This document shows, piece after piece, positions 48,387-57,845 of a stretch of DNA of 64,000 nucleotides (the stretch's first letter is position 1; every line of letters begins with the position of its first letter). Made by a program: the position numbers and the translations under genes. Location: positions 1 through 64,000 of the IMG/VR virus record IMGVR_UViG_3300031957_002643; one strand, written 5' to 3'. The notes under the pieces are model-generated. The model made no database searches. It saw only the letters and a program-made list of their open reading frames with translations, and had not been told where the DNA came from.

Positions 48387-49570
48387 CAGTTGAACTCCGT
48401 TCCACCTTTACGGGTCAGATAGTCAGGTGAAACCCATTTTGCAATTTTCCGACCATACACAGGATGGCGAGTTGAAGACGCACTGGTAATCACGACACCT
48501 TCACGAACGTTGGTGTTAGAGATCGTATCCAGTCCATCACGAAGTGCTTCGATCTTCTCGCGATCAAAGGGGCCACGATACAGGGATGGAACCTTTTCAA
48601 CGCCAAGGCGACCGAAAATTTCATCTCGGAAATCAACACCAAGGAATGAACCATCATGAATGGCATCGAAGAACATGATCTTGGGAGACTGTTCACCATA
48701 TGCCAAATCTTGAATGCCACGACCGAACACTTCACCAAACATGGTAAAAACACCACGAGTGATATTGTCTTTGACCAGAAGATTAGTAATCTTTTCAAAG
48801 ATTCCCATTTCTTCGTCCATAGCAAGCAAGGTCTTCACGTAGACATTCTTTGCTGCATTCTTTTCGTTGTTCTTGAACACAAGACCACGCGCACCAAGCC
48901 CTTTGGACGTGATGTAGATGTTTCCATTCGGGCCGAACAGATCACCATGAGGATGTTCCAGATCGAGAATGATACCAATTTGAACATTGGTGCCATGGAT
49001 TTTTTCAGTGACGGAGACTTCTTCCCCGACATAGAACATGTCCGTGACCTTTTGGATGGAATCAAAATCATACTTACAAGTATGTTGTGCAAAGCCACCC
49101 ATGACTTCACCGGCCATACTAGTAGGGACAGGCGGTTCATATTTCACAATGCCCAGAAGATCGGCAACATCTGCACCCGGTCCAAGATCGCGGACAGGCA
49201 GATCATTGTCTTTCATGTATTCGAACGAAAGACGGGCACGGACTTCAGGTTCAGACAGGGCGAATAGAATACCTTGGGACAGGATATCACGCAGACGAAT
49301 TGCCTTCACGCGATCACCTTTGGAACCGGCAAGGATGCCCTTGCCCTTGCTCTCATCCCAGAAGCCCAGCTTGAGAAGCCATTCCGGCACAACTGCACCT
49401 TCCGGCACATATACCACCCAATCACCTTGCTTATAACGAGGAGAACCATCTTCCAGCTTTGCAGAAATGCAAGTGTAACCACGGATTTGTACCAGAGACA
49501 GGCGATCAGCATTCGGGTGATCAACAACCGGCTCAGTAATTAGTTCGATTTTAACTTCAAATTCAGACAT
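48386..49570 (-). CDS. ATP-dependent RNA ligase (DRB0094/Rnl5-like, N-terminal OB domain)
   Basis: HPNADRL, SQGIL, TEKIHGT (motif I), FGE, REGVV, KWVSPDYL. Confidence 0.88.
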   Translation of the reverse strand: MSEFEVKIELITEPVVDHPNADRLSLVQIRGYTCISAKLEDGSPRYKQGDWVVYVPEGAVVPEWLLKLGFWDESKGKGILAGSKGDRVKAIRLRDILSQGILFALSEPEVRARLSFEYMKDNDLPVRDLGPGADVADLLGIVKYEPPVPTSMAGEVMGGFAQHTCKYDFDSIQKVTDMFYVGEEVSVTEKIHGTNVQIGIILDLEHPHGDLFGPNGNIYITSKGLGARGLVFKNNEKNAAKNVYVKTLLAMDEEMGIFEKITNLLVKDNITRGVFTMFGEVFGRGIQDLAYGEQSPKIMFFDAIHDGSFLGVDFRDEIFGRLGVEKVPSLYRGPFDREKIEALRDGLDTISNTNVREGVVITSASSTRHPVYGRKIAKWVSPDYLTRKGGTEFN

Positions 49571-49920
49571 TATTCTTTCTCGGGTAACTTTTGCGTCACG
49601 ACGACAGTATCAGGAACTTCCATGGCAAGCAAGGTGGAATAGCCACGGTCGCTCAAGGAAATTTTCATTGGCCAATCAGGGATCGGGACATCTTCGTCCA
49701 GAGGTTCGACACCGATGTTCCAAACAGCTTCAAATGCGGCGTACATCGCAGTCACGCGAAGTCCATGACCATTTTCGTCACGGATTTCAACTGCTGCATT
49801 GACGCCTTTGTTCCCCAACCAGCAATCGATCTCATCGGGTTCGCCGGGTATGGTGCCCTCGATCTCGAACAGATCATCACTGGCACCATAAAATTGAAGA
49901 GTTCTAGTAGCTGTAGACAT
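49570..49920 (-). CDS. conserved phage hypothetical protein
   Basis: YGASDDLFEIEG motif. Confidence 0.7.
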   Translation of the reverse strand: MSTATRTLQFYGASDDLFEIEGTIPGEPDEIDCWLGNKGVNAAVEIRDENGHGLRVTAMYAAFEAVWNIGVEPLDEDVPIPDWPMKISLSDRGYSTLLAMEVPDTVVVTQKLPEKE

Positions 49921-50768
49921 TATGCACGCTCTTTTCTTTGTTCATCAGTCATGATGATCTTACCCTTATTGTCGATCCAGTCTTCCAGATCAGCAAGGGT
50001 GAACCATCCGCAATTGTGAATACGCTGTTCTGCCGGGTTCAGCCAGAAAATGATTTCCGTTTCCTCGTCATTGTTCCATTTGGGTGACAGGGCAAAATAG
50101 CGACAACCGGTTTCCTTGAGACGATCTTCAATGCCAGTCTTATGGACGGCTTTTGCCAGACGTTGTTTGGATTCGTCTTCGGCCCCGAATTCGTCCAGTT
50201 CGTCCTTGGTGAAGCTGTCAATGTTGACGAACACCAAACCACCAGAACGGAAGCCCTCAACGTCCAAGGACTTGCACGTCATCTTGCCATCAAGGAACAT
50301 CTGATGAATCTTCTTCAGATTGTCACCATATTCCTTACCAGAAACCATCACCAGAAATGATTTCTTGTCCCATGCCGCGACAAGTGCCTGACCATCTTCT
50401 TTGGCACGTCTGCGAAGGGAAAGAAGTTCGGAATTCAAATAGCATTTCGGTCCCAGCACATTTTCTAGTTTCACATCAGCCGTCGCGTCGAGATAGCGCC
50501 AACTGCCAATATTGGAACTGAACATGAAGACTTCACCAAGATCATTTTCGACCAGACATACTTCCTTGCCATTTTTGACCTTGAACCGGTCGATGCCGAT
50601 TTTGTTGGTATCATTCAGATCAATACCCAGCAATTGCGTGAGTTCACGCATGCCCCATTCATGTTCCGCACAGAAATCAAAACCAAGGGATACACCGCAC
50701 AGCCCGTCAGACGCATACATGCGGTCATAATCTTTGATGAAACCAATGTTATTAAAAGTGCGGCGCAT
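49920..50768 (-). CDS. conserved phage hypothetical protein
   Basis: DFCAEHEWG, FWLNP...CGWFT. Confidence 0.7.
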   Translation of the reverse strand: MRRTFNNIGFIKDYDRMYASDGLCGVSLGFDFCAEHEWGMRELTQLLGIDLNDTNKIGIDRFKVKNGKEVCLVENDLGEVFMFSSNIGSWRYLDATADVKLENVLGPKCYLNSELLSLRRRAKEDGQALVAAWDKKSFLVMVSGKEYGDNLKKIHQMFLDGKMTCKSLDVEGFRSGGLVFVNIDSFTKDELDEFGAEDESKQRLAKAVHKTGIEDRLKETGCRYFALSPKWNNDEETEIIFWLNPAEQRIHNCGWFTLADLEDWIDNKGKIIMTDEQRKERA

Positions 50769-50787
50769 GATATTTCTCCTTATATAA

Positions 50788-50816
50788 ACGTTAACAGATT
50801 ATCTTTAATCTGTCAA
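50788..50816 (-). promoter_or_regulatory. possible sigma70 promoter with an 8-bp inverted repeat across the spacer
   Basis: TTGACA-N17-TAACGT; ACAGATTA-tctt-TAATCTGT. Confidence 0.5.
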
Positions 50817-51377
50817 TCCTTCTTCGGCTTTGATTTGATCAACAATTTCTTTGGCAATTCGTGCACGTTCTGCAAGTTCTTCGTCAGTAGGACCATACAT
50901 CGCATCATAAGATGCTCGTGTAGTTTTGGCCAATCGATTGGCTTTCGAGTTCAAGAAATTGTTTGCTTCGCGGTGAAACCGCACCAAGGCGGTTTCAATC
51001 GCGTGAAGAACCTCACCAGCCAGATTAGCCCATTCCTTGGTCATATTGTCAGGAAGATTGAAAATCAGGGAATACTCACACAACCGGGTGATGTCATTGA
51101 AATCGAAATTGATTGAATCACCAAGAACCAGATCAGGAGAATTCCTGACAGCATCGAGCACCATATTGGTTTGAAGATCATGCATGCTCTGAGGATCATC
51201 AACGAAATCTTCGAACGGTTCAGAGACATCACTGAAGATGTTGCACAGATCACCGTCAACCCATTCATATCCGTTACCATGGCCCAACAGGGCATGCGCC
51301 AGAGCCTTGGACTTGTTCGGATAAATGGTGGGATATTTGGAAATAGTATCCAGAATCCATTCATCAATTTTGTTCAT
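50805..51377 (-). CDS. hypothetical protein, paralog of 51426-52013
   Basis: KIDEW...PNKSKALAHAL..GNGYEWVDG. Confidence 0.7.
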   Translation of the reverse strand: MNKIDEWILDTISKYPTIYPNKSKALAHALLGHGNGYEWVDGDLCNIFSDVSEPFEDFVDDPQSMHDLQTNMVLDAVRNSPDLVLGDSINFDFNDITRLCEYSLIFNLPDNMTKEWANLAGEVLHAIETALVRFHREANNFLNSKANRLAKTTRASYDAMYGPTDEELAERARIAKEIVDQIKAEEGLTD

Positions 51378-51400
51378 GGTCTTCTCCAAACAATACTGGC

Positions 51401-51429
51401 ACTATAACAGACAAATGGAAGTTTGTCAA
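51401..51429 (-). promoter_or_regulatory. sigma70-type early promoter
   Basis: TTGACA-N17-TATAGT. Confidence 0.8.
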
Positions 51430-52013
51430 GTATTCTCTTCTTTTTCCTTTTTCAAAAAGGCAAGCAAGTCTTCCATATTTTTTTCGTAATTGGTTTTGCC
51501 GAAACGTTCCGTAAAACGTTTTTTGGCTTCCTTCATATCTGCTTCGAGTTGTTTGAAATCAAACACTCCTCGATGGAGACGCTTGACGTTGAAGCAGTAT
51601 TGAATTTTCTCAAAGACCTCACCGATCAACTGTTTCCATTCATCAGTGAGATCATCTGGCAAGTTCATAAAGTTCGAATACTCATCGATATGTGACAGGT
51701 CTTCCAAAGTAAATTCGAGCCACATATGAAGAATCGCATCCGAATGATATTTGACGCGATCAAGCGTTTGGTTGATTTCAATATTGAACATCGAATCCAT
51801 CGGCTTGTATCGAAATAGTTCTTTGTCGCTTGGACACGTATTGATCAATTCGCCATTAACCCATTCGTACCCAGAGCCGCACACGAACAGTGCATGAGCC
51901 AGAACCTTGGATTTGTTCGGGAAGATGCTTGGGAAACGCGCGATGCTGTCGATCAACCAATGATCGATTTTGGATCGCTTCTTCGGCCAGTTATAAACAA
52001 TCACATCATCCAT
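51426..52013 (-). CDS. hypothetical protein, paralog of 50805-51377
   Basis: KIDHW...PNKSKVLAHAL..GSGYEWVNG. Confidence 0.7.
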   Translation of the reverse strand: MDDVIVYNWPKKRSKIDHWLIDSIARFPSIFPNKSKVLAHALFVCGSGYEWVNGELINTCPSDKELFRYKPMDSMFNIEINQTLDRVKYHSDAILHMWLEFTLEDLSHIDEYSNFMNLPDDLTDEWKQLIGEVFEKIQYCFNVKRLHRGVFDFKQLEADMKEAKKRFTERFGKTNYEKNMEDLLAFLKKEKEENT

Positions 52014-52210
52014 CAGATTTCACCATCATCGATCATTTTTTGGACAATGCGTTCCGCTGCATGGTTCGCGCGGTCGAAAGGAATGTCACAGACCATCGAG
52101 CAACATTTCGGATCATCCATATCAACATGACGTATCCGAATGAGTTCCGCCAGTTGGCGAACCTTGTCCCGATATTTGGGATGAAGACGAAGTGCAATAG
52201 GACCAGTCAT
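52013..52210 (-). CDS. hypothetical protein
   Basis: Tiled; start adjusted. Confidence 0.5.
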   Translation of the reverse strand: MTGPIALRLHPKYRDKVRQLAELIRIRHVDMDDPKCCSMVCDIPFDRANHAAERIVQKMIDDGEI

Positions 52211-53487
52211 TATGCATTTTCCTTTTCTTTGATTTTGACACGATTGATCCACGTGGACTTTCCGAATTTCGGATGATCGTTGTGGGATTTGATCGTACCC
52301 TTCAGCGTTTTGGTTTCACCGGGCGTCCAATCAATCCAATTACTGCTGGTGACATTCACATCGTTACCATCCTCGTCCTTACAGAAGAACATGTAGGTGG
52401 TTCCGAACTGGCCATTCTTTTCCAGCTTGCGATCCAGCGTCAGAACGAAATCGCGGCGTTCCTTGATTTCACCAACAAACTGAGAATTGGTTTCCTGCTT
52501 GACTTCAGTCATGCGATTGTACAGGGCAATGACGGAAGCAACAATGCCGATCTCGGATGTATTTTCCTTGCGGGTGATGATATTCATCATCTTCCACATC
52601 CATTGATTGTTAACATCATAGGCATCGGTGGTCACAAACGTCTTGCACCATTCGAGAATTTCTTGAGCCTTGGCGCGATGATCACCATTCGCGCGCTTCA
52701 CATTGCGCGGATTGAGGAATACGTCAGAAACCAGTTCGGTGGTGCTGCGAAGGTGTTGGGCATTGAACGCCTGATCTTGTTCCATGCGAAGTTCATTTTC
52801 TTCTGCACGTTCGCGAGACACGTAACAGCCAGAAATTTCACAGACAGCAATGGCTTCCGCAATAATGTCAACAACCGGATAGGTGAAATTGTAATTGGCA
52901 TAATTGCCCTCATACAGTTCACCGTCAAAGGCAAACGGAATAAGTTGAGCTTCCGCGCCGAAATATTTTTCGAACATTTCAGGGCGAGTGCTGCCCAGAA
53001 AGTCCATGATGCAGGTCGAGCCAACTTGCTTGTACTCGCCAGTCTCTTCATTGAAAAGAACATAGCCACGCTTGCGGGCACGATTCACATTGCAGTGTTC
53101 GCAGACCTTCATGGAAATGGTTTCGAGAATAGCGCGCAGTTCGGGCGTATTCATCTTTTCAATCACAGTCACCTTCGGAATGCCATCACCATCGACATCG
53201 ACGTAGCGAGCAGCCAGAGTCCAACCATTGATCTTGGGGATCGGGTTAACGATCAGAACAGTGCGACACAGAACATTGACAGTGTACGGTTCACCATCAA
53301 AATCCCTGATGGTGACCGGCACGTCACGTTCTTCCATGGGAAGGAAGATGATTTCTTCCAGACCCCACTTCACAGCTTTCTTGTTCAGCTTCGCAATGAG
53401 CTGTTGAAGAGAAGCGAGACGACCGACCGGAACATCCATGTGGATCATCGGATTGTCGGCAGTTTCGATTTCAGCAGTGTTGCACAT
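52210..53487 (-). CDS. conserved early phage protein (Zn-binding Cys motif, C-terminal OB-like domain)
   Basis: CEHC..RARK, QVGSTC; C-terminal FVGE..ER...FG...GTIK.H...T..NR. Confidence 0.75.
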   Translation of the reverse strand: MCNTAEIETADNPMIHMDVPVGRLASLQQLIAKLNKKAVKWGLEEIIFLPMEERDVPVTIRDFDGEPYTVNVLCRTVLIVNPIPKINGWTLAARYVDVDGDGIPKVTVIEKMNTPELRAILETISMKVCEHCNVNRARKRGYVLFNEETGEYKQVGSTCIMDFLGSTRPEMFEKYFGAEAQLIPFAFDGELYEGNYANYNFTYPVVDIIAEAIAVCEISGCYVSRERAEENELRMEQDQAFNAQHLRSTTELVSDVFLNPRNVKRANGDHRAKAQEILEWCKTFVTTDAYDVNNQWMWKMMNIITRKENTSEIGIVASVIALYNRMTEVKQETNSQFVGEIKERRDFVLTLDRKLEKNGQFGTTYMFFCKDEDGNDVNVTSSNWIDWTPGETKTLKGTIKSHNDHPKFGKSTWINRVKIKEKENA

Positions 53488-53510
53488 ATCATTCTCTCCC
53501 GTTGAGTATT

Positions 53511-53539
53511 GTTATACACGGGATCAAATGAAATGTCAA
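53511..53539 (-). promoter_or_regulatory. sigma70-type early promoter (extended -10)
   Basis: TTGACA-N17-TATAAC. Confidence 0.75.
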
Positions 53540-53541
53540 CC

Positions 53542-53715
53542 CTATCTATCAGAAGATAAGTTTTCTTCTTCTTCGGGCTTCAAAAACTCTTCGTATAACA
53601 TTTCAGCAAACGGCTTTATATCCGATTTGGAATATAATGGACGCATTGCGACAAATTGGGTGGCACACTGTAGGGCGCTGACCTTCAGATAATCTTCACG
53701 TTTCAAACCGAGCAT
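53542..53715 (-). CDS. hypothetical 57-aa protein (not in the ORF track)
   Basis: MLGLKREDYLKVSALQCA...NLSSDR*. Confidence 0.45.
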   Translation of the reverse strand: MLGLKREDYLKVSALQCATQFVAMRPLYSKSDIKPFAEMLYEEFLKPEEEENLSSDR

Positions 53716-54049
53716 TTTTCAAGAACAATCCTTTTACATCGAAAACTTTCCCATTTTTGAGAATGTTTCCAGATGCATTATGATAGGACAATTCCCAATC
53801 ATATGCGAGATCAGCAACCTTGTAGTATTGTTCTTCCTTCTCGTGCGGAAGATGGCATCCTTCGATAGCAGCCGTATCGATGTAACGATTGACGGCTCGA
53901 CTCAATGATGCGTCGGAGTCAACTAAACCAATTCGTTCGATTTCCTGCTCTTCACCATCCTGATCCTTAAGGATGATAGTGAAGCATTGTTTGGTTACCA
54001 CAAGGCAGAGAAATTCACCGTCTTCGGTTTTGTTGTTAATCAGTTCCAT
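53696..54049 (-). CDS. hypothetical protein
   Basis: Tiled ORF. Confidence 0.6.
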   Translation of the reverse strand: MELINNKTEDGEFLCLVVTKQCFTIILKDQDGEEQEIERIGLVDSDASLSRAVNRYIDTAAIEGCHLPHEKEEQYYKVADLAYDWELSYHNASGNILKNGKVFDVKGLFLKNARFET

Positions 54050-54758
54050 TTTCTTTCTTCTTCAGATGTTCACGATAAATGCGCAAGGAACCAAATCCTT
54101 GGCTTCTTGCTTTTGCAATTTCAGACGCCAAACGCTTGGCATCTTGGTTGGAAAGACTTCCATTCGTTTTATGCTTTTCCAACAGTTGTGCCAGATTGGA
54201 TTTCTTGCGAGCTTCCATCTTGGCAATGGTTCCCTTATGCTTATCGTGGAAACCTTTTAGTGCATCATATTCTGCCTTTGACAGAATCACCGCTTCTTGC
54301 TTCGCGAGCTTATGAGTGGACGTATCGTACACGGCATTATTACCATTATCACGATACGTTTTGTATTTGTCAGTTTCGAAGAATGAATATCCAAGCGGCA
54401 GGAATTCAATCACGCGGATCAGTTTTTCAATCCGCATGATTTCAAGCTGAACCAAAGTCGGATCAGGATGCAGTTCTGGCAATGCAGGAATGATCAAGTC
54501 CGCGATTTCTCTAAGGAGCTTTTCGCGTGACTGTTCATACATCAGACACCAGAAATAACTGAAGTCTTCGAGTTCCGTAGCGCGAACGAGAACATTTGAA
54601 TTTTCAGGAGACGGATAACGATATTGTCGATATTCACGCACGGTGGCAGGAAAATCATTGATCTTCTTTACATTCTCATCAACAATCTTCTGAATTTCGG
54701 CTTCCTGAAAACGCGCTTCGATTTCAGCAGACATTTCATCTGTGATCATGTCAGGCAT
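54036..54758 (-). CDS. hypothetical protein
   Basis: 240 aa, basic C-terminus. Confidence 0.65.
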   Translation of the reverse strand: MPDMITDEMSAEIEARFQEAEIQKIVDENVKKINDFPATVREYRQYRYPSPENSNVLVRATELEDFSYFWCLMYEQSREKLLREIADLIIPALPELHPDPTLVQLEIMRIEKLIRVIEFLPLGYSFFETDKYKTYRDNGNNAVYDTSTHKLAKQEAVILSKAEYDALKGFHDKHKGTIAKMEARKKSNLAQLLEKHKTNGSLSNQDAKRLASEIAKARSQGFGSLRIYREHLKKKENGTD

Positions 54759-54927
54759 TGCGAACTCGTTTGTTAATATCGGGAGACACCAGCTTCAGAA
54801 CAGAATCATATGCTTTCTGAATTTCTTCCAATGCTTCGGCATCAGACGCACTCGTTTGCTTCGCAAGTTTATCAACTGCGGCTTTCATCCGAAGTGCTGC
54901 GTTGGCTCTAAGTGTTGCGGTTCTCAT
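54751..54927 (-). CDS. hypothetical 58-aa helical early protein (not in the ORF track)
   Basis: MRTATLRANAALRMKAAVDKL...RVRNA*; GAGG RBS directly after a promoter. Confidence 0.6.
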   Translation of the reverse strand: MRTATLRANAALRMKAAVDKLAKQTSASDAEALEEIQKAYDSVLKLVSPDINKRVRNA

Positions 54928-54947
54928 TGTTTCCTCGATTTGATGTA

Positions 54948-54976
54948 ACTATATTCCACAATCAATATGGTGTCAA
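54948..54976 (-). promoter_or_regulatory. sigma70-type early promoter
   Basis: TTGACA-N17-TATAGT. Confidence 0.8.
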
Positions 54977-55011
54977 CTGAATTTTCATGGTAGTACACTT
55001 ATTATAGCACG

Positions 55012-55017
55012 TAAATA
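55012..55017 (+). promoter_or_regulatory. putative late promoter (TAAATA)
   Basis: Upstream of AAGGAG RBS and ATG 55036. Confidence 0.45.
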
Positions 55018-55035
55018 GGGCCAAGGAGAAACCTT

Positions 55036-55854
55036 ATGACAGAATTATATTTTCACGACATGGGAATGACCAATGCAGAAAGAACAGATGTACCGTTGGA
55101 GGTACATTTGATTCCATGTGACATTCAACATGTTCGACATGAACTCGAATTGGCCGGATGGTTCAAGCTCGTTGGAAGCGGCAAGTATTACATTATTGAT
55201 AATGCCGTCATGTTTACCAGCAGCGAGGTTGCTACTAATTTTTTCGATCAGATGAAAGAATGTAAATGGCAATGGATGGATGGGAAACTTTGGCCCGACG
55301 CGGATGATTTCAATGCCGCTGTTGGTGATGGACAGGGTGTGAATATTGCTGGCAACATTCCATTCGCAAATGAGATGTTGAATTACGACAATGAAAAGAT
55401 TTTGGATAAAATCTATAATCTTTGGATGCACATTTACATGACGTGTGGTGATCGTGTTTGGTATTATGACAACCGTTTTTGGTTTGAGAGCAAGCCGGAC
55501 ATGATGCTTGTCAGTATGTTCTTGAACGAGGTTGATATCGAAACATGGAAAAAAGACAGCGAAAAGCCATTAGTAAACGTTTTGAGAGATGAGGACATTC
55601 AGGACTGGTTGAAAAAGAACGGCCCTTATCAGCCACACCAAACAAGACCGATTTGGATCACAGAACCAAGATATGGCAATCCGGGTGAGTGGAATTATGG
55701 AACAGGCACGATTCCTGTGACATCAACACTTGGAATTCCACACAACACGTGTGATTCCACATCAGGAGTAACGTCATTGTCTGCTGCTGATGTAAAATCA
55801 AATATCGTAAATGCTCTACGAAATGAACTGAAAGAAGAAGAAGAGTTGGTTTAA
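55036..55854 (+). CDS. hypothetical protein
   Basis: Strong RBS; 272 aa. Confidence 0.7.
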   Translation: MTELYFHDMGMTNAERTDVPLEVHLIPCDIQHVRHELELAGWFKLVGSGKYYIIDNAVMFTSSEVATNFFDQMKECKWQWMDGKLWPDADDFNAAVGDGQGVNIAGNIPFANEMLNYDNEKILDKIYNLWMHIYMTCGDRVWYYDNRFWFESKPDMMLVSMFLNEVDIETWKKDSEKPLVNVLRDEDIQDWLKKNGPYQPHQTRPIWITEPRYGNPGEWNYGTGTIPVTSTLGIPHNTCDSTSGVTSLSAADVKSNIVNALRNELKEEEELV

Positions 55855-55883
55855 TTACTCAGCCGGGTCGATTAAGTATATGC

Positions 55884-56414
55884 ATGACACGTATACTTGG
55901 TTTAGACCCGGCTGGCTCATTTGGCTGGACGTTACTCGATGATGATCGCTATTTGGATGGCGGCGTCACTAAATTCAAATTTCCTACAAAAGTTCAACAA
56001 GAAAAGAAGGGCATTCCACGAGGTAAGAAGTGGATGGATGCTCTGGAATGGATTGAAACAATTCCAGAGCACAAGCCTGATTTCATTATCATGGAAGATG
56101 TTAGGCGTCATGTGAGTACGCTTGCAGGCCATTCGTATGGTTTCTTCAGGTATGCGGTTGAGGCCATTTGTGCGAAGAATGATATTCCATTTTATCCTAT
56201 CATTGTTACGCAATGGAAATTGACATCAATTGGGTATGGAGGCAGCGATAAAGATCGTATTGCTGCTGCACTACAAGAAAAATATCCAGATGTTGAATTC
56301 CTGACAAACGACCATAGTGATGCATGTGGTATCGCACTTGCCGGTCATATTTTGAATCAAGAGAACAAACTGAAATCTCTTTATGAGTCAGTAGGTGGGA
56401 AAAGGAAAAAATGA
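55884..56414 (+). CDS. RuvC-like Holliday junction resolvase
   Basis: ILGLDP..SFG, IMED, WK...G.G..DK, DHSDA. Confidence 0.82.
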   Translation: MTRILGLDPAGSFGWTLLDDDRYLDGGVTKFKFPTKVQQEKKGIPRGKKWMDALEWIETIPEHKPDFIIMEDVRRHVSTLAGHSYGFFRYAVEAICAKNDIPFYPIIVTQWKLTSIGYGGSDKDRIAAALQEKYPDVEFLTNDHSDACGIALAGHILNQENKLKSLYESVGGKRKK

Positions 56415-57004
56415 GAATTGGTTTTACGGGTGCTGGCGCGACTGGCAAGACAACGACACTGAATGTATTTGCGGAATTCAATCCTAATATTCCGGTTCTG
56501 CCATCATCCAACCGATCTGTTTACAAGAAGTGGAACCTGACCGAAGAGGATCAGGAAAAAATGACCTTTGAAGAAAAGTTGCGTCTTCAAGAGGACATCT
56601 ACGAGGCCCGTTTTAAATCTGAAGAAGAATACGAACAGTCGGGCTTTGTTTCAGACCGAACCGTTCTTGATAACTTCTGCTATCAGCAAATTCGCTGCTA
56701 TGATGCAATGGATCAAGACATGCTGGACGAAAAGCGAGTTCAGGTCAAAAAGAACATGAGAAAATATGACTTGATCTGCTACTTCCCCATTACCTTTAGA
56801 CCGGTGGGCGATGAAATCAGATACGCCAATCCTGTTTTCCAAAACATGATGGACAATTTTGTGTTTGCCGAACTTCACAAAATGGACCTTTGGGACAAGA
56901 CCATCACAGTTCGAACTGGAACGCCTGAAGAAAGAGCAGGCCAGATTTCAAACTTCGTCAAACATATCAATCAGCCAACCCAAACTATGTTCGGAGGTTT
57001 TTGA
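56411..57004 (+). CDS. P-loop kinase/ATPase (AAA_28, nucleotide-kinase-like)
   Basis: GAGATGKTT, VSDRTVLD. Confidence 0.75.
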   Translation: MRIGFTGAGATGKTTTLNVFAEFNPNIPVLPSSNRSVYKKWNLTEEDQEKMTFEEKLRLQEDIYEARFKSEEEYEQSGFVSDRTVLDNFCYQQIRCYDAMDQDMLDEKRVQVKKNMRKYDLICYFPITFRPVGDEIRYANPVFQNMMDNFVFAELHKMDLWDKTITVRTGTPEERAGQISNFVKHINQPTQTMFGGF

Positions 57005-57348
57005 TGTCTCAGATCAGATTAAGAAAAGCAGTTATCGAAACCATTAGTGACACATCAGCTAATGTGAAGTTGGAAAATGGTTCTACCTTTTCCATTCCAC
57101 ATTCATTCGTGGCAGATGATGTCGTATATGCCTTTGATGAGGGCGACGAGGTTTTCATCTATGTGGATGAAATCACCAAATCATCCGATCTTCCATATGT
57201 CATTATCGCAACGCCTACAGAAGAAGGAGGCTTAAGCGTATCCATGGCCGGTGACGATCAAGGTGAACATTATATTATCAATGAAATCAAATACATGACC
57301 AAGGAAGAAATAAATGATTTACGATGTGAAATTCAAGGACGAGCATGA
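57001..57348 (+). CDS. hypothetical protein (possible S1/OB fold)
   Basis: Beta-rich; EGDEVFIYV. Confidence 0.55.
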   Translation: MMSQIRLRKAVIETISDTSANVKLENGSTFSIPHSFVADDVVYAFDEGDEVFIYVDEITKSSDLPYVIIATPTEEGGLSVSMAGDDQGEHYIINEIKYMTKEEINDLRCEIQGRA

Positions 57349-57835
57349 AGTTGTAACGAACCTTGCTCATGCATTAGGCCGCGTTGAAGAACGTAAAGGC
57401 AATTATGCCTATGTTCGCATTGACGAATATCCAGAACTTTTAAAAGTCATTGGTGAATTTGAAACACCAGAGGATACACCAGAAGAAGACCAATTTAGTT
57501 TCAATCTGGAAGTCAATCAAATGGTATTTGTCGCCATGATTTATGTCGGCAATGATACATTCCAGCACTCTTGCTACTATGAGCGCGAGAATGATTGGAT
57601 TTATTCGATTGTGGAAATCGGCAAGAAAACCAAAGATATCGAAGTCGCATTACTAAACCATGATGACGTGACTGCGGAACTGGCAGTTAGAGAAGGCAAA
57701 ACCCCAAGCTTTATTTCTGCTACCGGTGCCGCCGCACAGGAATTTGTGAACAAGATTGCAAAAACTCCAACGCGAAAAAAGATCATCATGCCGGAAAAAG
57801 ACCTTATTAAACCAGATACCAAAATTATTATCTAA
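57314..57835 (+). CDS. hypothetical protein
   Basis: AAGGA RBS. Confidence 0.65.
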   Translation: MIYDVKFKDEHEVVTNLAHALGRVEERKGNYAYVRIDEYPELLKVIGEFETPEDTPEEDQFSFNLEVNQMVFVAMIYVGNDTFQHSCYYERENDWIYSIVEIGKKTKDIEVALLNHDDVTAELAVREGKTPSFISATGAAAQEFVNKIAKTPTRKKIIMPEKDLIKPDTKIII

Positions 57836-57845
57836 GGAAATCAAT

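Noticed and set aside
52273-53505. 410-aa plus-strand ORF; similar shadows at 60769-61527 (-), 48656-49267 (+) and 24134-24835 (-)
   Set aside because: Overlap well-supported genes on the opposite strand; explained by codon bias.
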